Below are positions 26,031-32,000 of a DNA stretch of 32,000 nt, in pieces. This DNA is from Mycoplasma mycoides subsp. capri (GTDB taxonomy: Bacteria; Bacillota_I; Bacilli_A; Mycoplasmatales; Mycoplasmataceae). How positions within the stretch are numbered: the first letter of the stretch is position 1; each line of letters starts with the position of its first letter. The position numbers and the translations under genes were made by a program. The stretch covers positions 840,001 to 872,000 of the forward strand of contig NZ_CP065581.1 in the NCBI RefSeq assembly GCF_018389705.1. The letters are read 5' to 3'. The notes beneath the pieces are model-generated. The model worked only from the letters and a program-made list of their open reading frames with translations, made no database searches and was not told the origin of the DNA.

Positions 26031-26071
26031 AAAACTATAATTGCTCATAATAAATAAGTAATTATAGTTTT
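26031..26071. terminator. Strong orphan hairpin with A/T flanks inside the low-coding spacer
   Basis: AAAACTATAATT gctcataataaataagt AATTATAGTTTT TTTT, perfect 12-bp stem. Confidence 0.5.
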
Positions 26072-26389
26072 TTTATATGTTATATAATTTATTAATCTAA
26101 TAAATAATTAATTTCATTAGAATTCTATAAATTATTCTTTTTATAATTTAGAGACTATTTTAAACTTTTTATCAGAGAAATTGGTGGGGATATGTCATAA
26201 GATGTTTTTGATAACATTCTGATAATGGGGTTTTAAGAATCTCTCATCAAACCTCTTATATAAGTATTAAAATTAAATTATTTATTTATCTATGTCTTTA
26301 GTAATTTGTCATTTTGTTGACATAGTTATGTCTAATCTATATTTAGAAAACTTCGGTATGTTTAGTGTAATTTGTAAATTGTGTAAATT

Positions 26390-26789
26390 TTTATTTTAAT
26401 AATATGAACGTTTTTTATAAGAACTTTAAATAATTCTTTAATTCATATCTTTGGTAAATGTCAAATATCTTAAAGATATATATTTATAATATGTGATTTT
26501 AAAGTTGATACTTATTAAAAATTTAAAAAAGAAGTTTTATTATTATTTGCTGAGTTAAATTTGAAATAAATTTTTTATTTTCTTTTTTAAATTTATTTTC
26601 ATAACCTGTTATTAAATAATCTTTAAATTAAACTTTTTTACATCTCTTATTTGATAATAGATTAATTTTTATAAAGATTATTTCATAACTATAAAATGTA
26701 TTTTTTGCTTTAACTAAAAGCATTTCGTGCATCTTCCAAACGTTATATTTTTCGTTTTTTATCCACACACTATTTTTTTATATGTTTTG
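26390..26789 (-). pseudogene. Possible decayed coding sequence (one minus-strand frame with protein-like stretches split by several TAA codons)
   Basis: KNSVWIKNEKYNVWKMHEMLLVKAKNTFYSYEIIFIKINLLSNKRCKKV*FKDYLITGYENKFKKENKKFISNLTQQIIIKLLF*IFNKYQL*NHIL*IYIFKIFDIYQRYELKNYLKFL*, all in a single frame. Confidence 0.3.
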
Positions 26790-27000
26790 TTTCAAAATTA
26801 CAATATCTTTTTTTTAAAAAAATTTTCATAATATAAAAAGGGTAGATAAACACTAGGTTTTAAGGGATTTTTTGATTATTTCAAATAACTTGTATTTACA
26901 AATATTTTTCATAAGAAATTTATTAGATACTTTAAATCACTAAAAATATTTTTTTAAAATTCAAAAAATTATTAATTTATTATACCTTTAATAAATAAAA

Positions 27001-27023
27001 AGACAACTTGTAAAAGTTGTCTT
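27001..27023 (-). terminator. pepA terminator
   Basis: AGACAACTT gtaaa AGTTGTCTT-type hairpin immediately downstream of the pepA stop. Confidence 0.7.
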
Positions 27024-27049
27024 ATGTTATTACTATTTTAAAAATTTGA

Positions 27050-28405
27050 TTATTTATTAAAGATTTCAAATAAAGTTCTTACTAAAACACCTTGTCCTCT
27101 ACCAGCTTTATCTGCAGTTCCAGCTATATCAAAGTGAACAAATGGTTTTTCTTCAGCAAATGCACTTAAAAAAGCAGCAGCAGTAGAACTTCCAGCTTCT
27201 CTTCCCTTAGCAGCATTAGTTAAATCAGCATTTACACTATCTGCTTTAACTTTTTCTAAATGTTCATCAAAAATTGGCATTCTTCATACTTTTTCACTAG
27301 TTTTGTGTGATGCTTGAGAAATTAATTCTCATCTCTTATCACAATTTGTAAATACTCCAGTAGCAAAACTTCCTAAAGCAATTACCATAGCTCCAGTTAA
27401 AGTTGAAGCTTCTCAAATTTCAGTTGCTTGTTTTTCTCTAATTACATAAGTAATTCCATCAGCTAATACTAATCTTCCTTCAGCATCTGTATTATCAATT
27501 TCAACAGTTAATCCATTCATTGATTTTATTACTGATTGAGGTAAAGTAGCAGTTGACCCAATTCTATTATCTGTAAACATACCAATACCAACAACATTAA
27601 CTTTAGCTTTCATTTTAGCTAATGCCATAACAGTTGATAGCATAATAGCAGCTCCAGACATATCAAATTTCATACCTTCCATAGCACTTGAAGGTTTTAA
27701 ATTATAACCTCCACTATCAAAAGTAATTCCTTTTCCAACTAAAGCTTTTTTTGGTTCATTTTCATCACCAACATATTCTAAAACTACAGCTTGTGGTTCA
27801 TATGGTGATCCTGCATTAACTGCTAAAAATAAGTTCATTCCTAATTTAGTAGCTTCTTTTTTATTTAAAACAGTAACTTTTAGTCCTTCAATTTCTTTTG
27901 CTTTTTGAACTACTTTTTCAGCTAAATATTCACTTGTTGCAATGTTTGGTGGAGTGTCTTGTAGCATTCTTGCAAAGTTTACAAATTCCATTTTAATAGC
28001 TTCTTTTTGTTCTAATTCTTTAACATCTTCATTTGTAATTAAGTTATATACTACTTCGTTTGGTTTAGTATCTTTTTTATAACTTACTTTATCAAAAGTT
28101 TCAAAAGCAATTGATTCATAAATTCCTTCAATAGCATCTTTTTTACATCCACACATATCAAAAAATACTAAAAATGAATCTACATCAACATTTATATTAA
28201 ATTTATTAGTTGAAACAAATTTTTTAAAAGCATTTCTAATTTTAGTTTTTAAACATTTATGATCTTTTTTAATTACCATGTAAATAGTTTTATCTTCACT
28301 AATAAATGTAGTTGATAAATCAGCATCTGATACATAAGGTTTATTATTAACTTCTGTTAAACAAACTAATGTTAGTTCTTCTTTTTTATCATTAAATTTA
28401 ATCAT
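27050..28405 (-). CDS. pepA: Leucyl aminopeptidase, M17 family (451 aa)
   Basis: GKGITFDSGGYNLKPSSAMEGMKFDMSGAA, MFTDNRIGSTATLPQSVIKSMNGLTVEIDNTDAEGRLVLADGITY; C-terminal GREAGSSTAAAFLSAF...PFVHFDIAGTA. Confidence 0.95.
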
Positions 28406-28522
28406 ATATATCTCCTTTGGTTATTTAAATATATAATAACACTTTAAACTACCTAATAATTAATATTAAATATGTAGATATTAATACTAATATATAATTT
28501 TACACTTTTAAATTCACAATAA

Positions 28523-28550
28523 AAAAACTGAAACTAATTGTTCAGTTTTT
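28523..28550 (-). terminator. Terminator of the GH31/PTS unit
   Basis: AAAAACTGAA actaattg TTCAGTTTTT. Confidence 0.65.
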
Positions 28551-28557
28551 AATTATT

Positions 28558-30829
28558 TTAATTATTTTTAATAATAATTTTATGTTTTGATAAATACTCA
28601 ACTTGATTATTTTTAATAGATATTTTATTTATAATTTCATCAATTTCAAATTGATATTCTAGATTATCAATTTTTCCATAAATATCAATAATTATTTGTT
28701 GATCTTTAACATTTTTAAAATTATAACTACCATTATCAAATCTTAAAATAGCTGAATTATTTTTAACAAATATTAAAATATCATCTCACTCAACATCAAA
28801 ATTATATAAACAATTTCCTTGATAAACTTTTGATTTATCATCTAATTTATATCAAGATCCATCTGGTAAAAACACATCTCTATTAGTTGAATTTTGTTTT
28901 AATATTGGACATATTAAAAGATTTTCTCCAATATAGTATTGATCATCAATTAATCTAGCAATTTTATTATTTTGATTTTCTAATACCATTGGTCTTAAAA
29001 TTGGTAAACCTTTAGTAATTGATTCAAATTCTCAAACTTTAAATTCTGGTAATAAAATCTTTTTAAATTTTGCTCATTTAATTGAATTATTTAAAGTGTT
29101 TTTATCAAATCTTCAAGGCTCTCTTTGTCCTAAAGCATGATATCTTGAAAAAGTATTTAACATTCCTACTTGAGTTCAACGATTATATAAATCTAAGCTA
29201 AAATCACTAGATTGGACAAATCCACCAATATCAGTTCCTCAAATTACTTCACCAGCTAAACTTAAAGAAAGACCTGCTTGCAAATGATTTTTTAAATCAC
29301 TAAAACTAGTTATACTATCTCCAGATCATTTACCAACAAATTTTTGAGTTCCAATATATCCCGGACGACTAACTACAACATTTCTACCAGTTCCAAAAAA
29401 CTCTTCACCAGCTTCATAACAACACTTAACATATAAATACATAAAATATTGCTTAAAATCTTTTGCTTTATAACCATTATACAAAATAGCATCAGCTGGT
29501 AAACCATCCCCATAATCAGGTTTAACAAATCTTAATCCTAATTTAAATAGTTTTTTGATTTGATCTTTATATCAGTTATAAGCTTTTGGGTTTGTAAAAT
29601 CAATTATGTAATTATTTTCTTGATATGTTTCAGTTCCTGTTCAAGGATGAGCATAGTTTCCATTTTTACTTTTAACTAATAAATCATTTTCAAATAAAAA
29701 TTTAGAATTTTCTAATCCATCATTTTGAATGTATGGATTAATTCAAAAACACATTTCTAAACCATTAGCTTTAACATCATCAAATAGTTTTTTAAAATCA
29801 CCAAAAGCATCAGTATTGTATTCAAAATTACAACTTTTTGTATATCTATTTTTTAATCATTTAGGATCTAAAGTAATAACATCTAGTGGATAATTTAATT
29901 CTTTTACTTTATTAATAGCTTCAAATAATTCTTCATAGTTATGATAATAAAGTCTATTTAATCAAACTCCATATCCAATATCTGGAACTTTTGAGATTCT
30001 ATTAGTTAATAAAGTATAACTTGATACTAATTCTTTTAAATTATTATTACTAAATAAATATAAATCTAAATAATCCTGATCAACTTTAAAAGATAAGATA
30101 TCAGTTGTTGGAGAACCTATTTCAAATGTTGTTTTACAACTTGTATTAATTAAAAATCCTCAATTATTTGTTGAATATAATAAAGGCAAACCATTATAGG
30201 CTAAATCATTATTTGTTACACAAGAATTATCAGTATTTCAAATAACTGATTCAACTCCATTTTTAACTAAAGGTCTAAATTTTTCACCAAGTCCATAAAA
30301 TTTTTCATCATTTTCAATATCAAATGACATGAAGATTTTTTGATTTTTGTTTTGATCAATTTCAATTCCTAAATTAGGATTAATAAACCCTTCAAAAAAT
30401 TGATAACCAGTTCTTAGTGTAGTTCTTGTTTTTATTTGATTATTACTATCTATTATTTTTAATACAAAGGGATTAATATTAAAAATTAGTTTTTCATTAT
30501 TTTTTAAATCGATAATAATTTCTTTATTAGTTTTTATATAACTAATTTTTTCTGATTTTAAATTATTATTTAAATGCTCATTAAAAACTTTATTAATTGA
30601 TCTTTGAGATAATTTTAAGTTGATAATATTTGATTCAAATAGTTTGATTTGAAATGTTGCTTTTTGTAAATTTGAAAAAGTGATTTCAATAAATAAACTA
30701 CTATCATTAGTTCAAAGATCAGATACTTTTGTTGTTATTCAATATTCGTTTTTAGGATCAAAGATTCTTTGTTTAATTGGAAATGAATATTCTAACATTT
30801 CACTTGTGATATTATTTGGCTTTGGCATT
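28558..30829 (-). pseudogene. GH31 family glycosidase (YicI-like alpha-xylosidase/alpha-glucosidase) with an apparent 1-nt frameshift near the 5' end
   Basis: Frame of ATG 30829 reads MPKPNNITSEMLEYSFPN*. The neighbouring frame reads PIKQRIFDPKNEYWITTKVSDLWTNDSS... through to TAA 28558-28560. GH31 motifs: YHNYEELFEAINKVKELNYPLDVITLDPKW, GLRFVKPDYGDGLP, GKWSGDSITSFSDLKNHLQAGLSLSLAG, YHALGQREPWRF. Confidence 0.8.
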
Positions 30830-32000
30830 TTTATTTCTTTCTAGTAATTCTAATATTTCGCCTTTATAAATATCAGCTTTTGGTCCATAAACAATTTGTA
30901 AAGAACTACCTTTATTTAAAACACCCACTGCTCCAGTTAATTCTTTAAACTTATTATCAACTTTAGCTTTATCTTTTACTTTAACTCTTAATCTAGTCAT
31001 ACATGCATCAACATCATCTAAATTATCTAATCCACCTAATAAATTAACTATTGTATTAATAGTTTGATCGGATTTTGTTTTAGCTGATTTAGTTTGCTTT
31101 TTAGCTGGTTGATCTTCTTTAATAGTTGTAATTTCACTAGTTGATGTTTCATCATTAGTAAATCCAGGAATTGCTGGTTTGAATTTTTTAGTAAAGAAGT
31201 AAAATACTGCAAAATAAATTCCACCAAATGCTATTGTTACTAATAATAATCATAATCCTTGAATTCATAAAATACCTTTTAATCCAATACCACTAACTGA
31301 AGTTGGAGCAAATACAAATAAGTATTTAATTAATGTTTCAATTCCACCAAATGCATGAATTCTCATTGGAATAAAATCACTAATTCCAAATGCTATTCCA
31401 GTTAAAATTGCATGTAAAACATATAATAAAGGAGCTGAAAACATAAAAATAAATTCAATAGGTTCAGTAACTCCAGTTAATAAACAAGCTGCTAATCCTG
31501 AAAAATAAATTGAAGAGTATTTAGCTCTTTTTTCTTTAGGAATTGCAAATGCCATACCTAATCCAGCACCAACTAATGAACCTGATGAAGTAATCATTTG
31601 TCCAACTTTAAATCTAACTGGAACAACTGAATCTAAAACAATTTCATAAGCTTGTTGCATTGTTAAGCCATTTACATTATTATGTTTTGCTGCATAATCA
31701 GCTCATCCGCTTTTTACATTACCTAATGCAGTAATTCAACTTAATCAGATTTTTTCTTGCCCTTGTGCTTTTAAAGCTTCTTTATTATTTTCTAAACTGT
31801 TGAAGAATTCAGCAATAACTTTAGCATTTTCGTTTGTTGTATTAATAAATTGACTAGCACTTGTAAAATCTACACTTCCACCTAATTGACTATAATTCAT
31901 AGGAATTGTAATCATGTGGTGTAATCCAAATGGTAATAATAATCTTTCTGAAGTTCCATATAAAAATGGAGCTAAGAATTTTAATTTTTGTTCTTTTGCA
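30812..32000 (-). CDS. PTS sugar transporter subunit IIBC, glucose/maltose-like family (N-terminal part outside the window)
   Basis: IIB motif DACMTRLRVKVKDK at the C-terminal end; IIC segment MQQAYEIVLDSVVPVRFKVGQMITSSGSLVGAGLGMAFAIPKEKRAKYSSIYFSGLAACLLTGVTEPIEFIFMFSAPLLY. Its stop overlaps the GH31 start region by 18 nt. Confidence 0.88.

Noticed and set aside
26218-26260. + strand 'HSDNGVLRISH' reminiscent of the HSDxG motif of DDE transposases
   Set aside because: The motif is immediately preceded by a stop, is very short, and has no other transposase signature nearby; too weak to call an IS remnant.
26701-26800. Possible replication origin because of the DnaA box
   Set aside because: Only one perfect box, no dnaA/dnaN/rpmH neighbours, no cluster of boxes.

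Overview
This 32 kb window is an AT-rich Mollicute chromosome segment that uses UGA as Trp (translation table 4). It is most like the Mycoplasma mycoides/capricolum group. The supplied ORF track breaks most genes at TGA, so I rebuilt the CDSs with TGA=W. Contents in order: the 3' end of a GH13 glucosidase; a second GH13 neopullulanase-like enzyme and pgmB; a lipoprotein gene with an in-frame nonsense codon; a Cof-type HAD hydrolase; an oppBCDFA oligopeptide transporter operon (minus strand); a small membrane protein; alaS; a DUF285/BspA-type repeat lipoprotein; a transglutaminase-like lipoprotein; ssrA (tmRNA); mgtE; trmB; a divergent sigma-70-like protein; a ~1.75 kb low-coding spacer that looks like decayed genes; pepA; a GH31 glycosidase whose reading frame is disrupted near its 5' end; and the 3' part of a PTS IIBC gene. 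No CRISPR array, tRNA or intact mobile element was found. The observations most worth a second look are the small sigma-like protein beside the decayed spacer, three separate reading-frame lesions, a 17-T tract in the putative promoter of the repeat lipoprotein, very large insertions in OppD and OppF, and a diverged MgtE pore motif.
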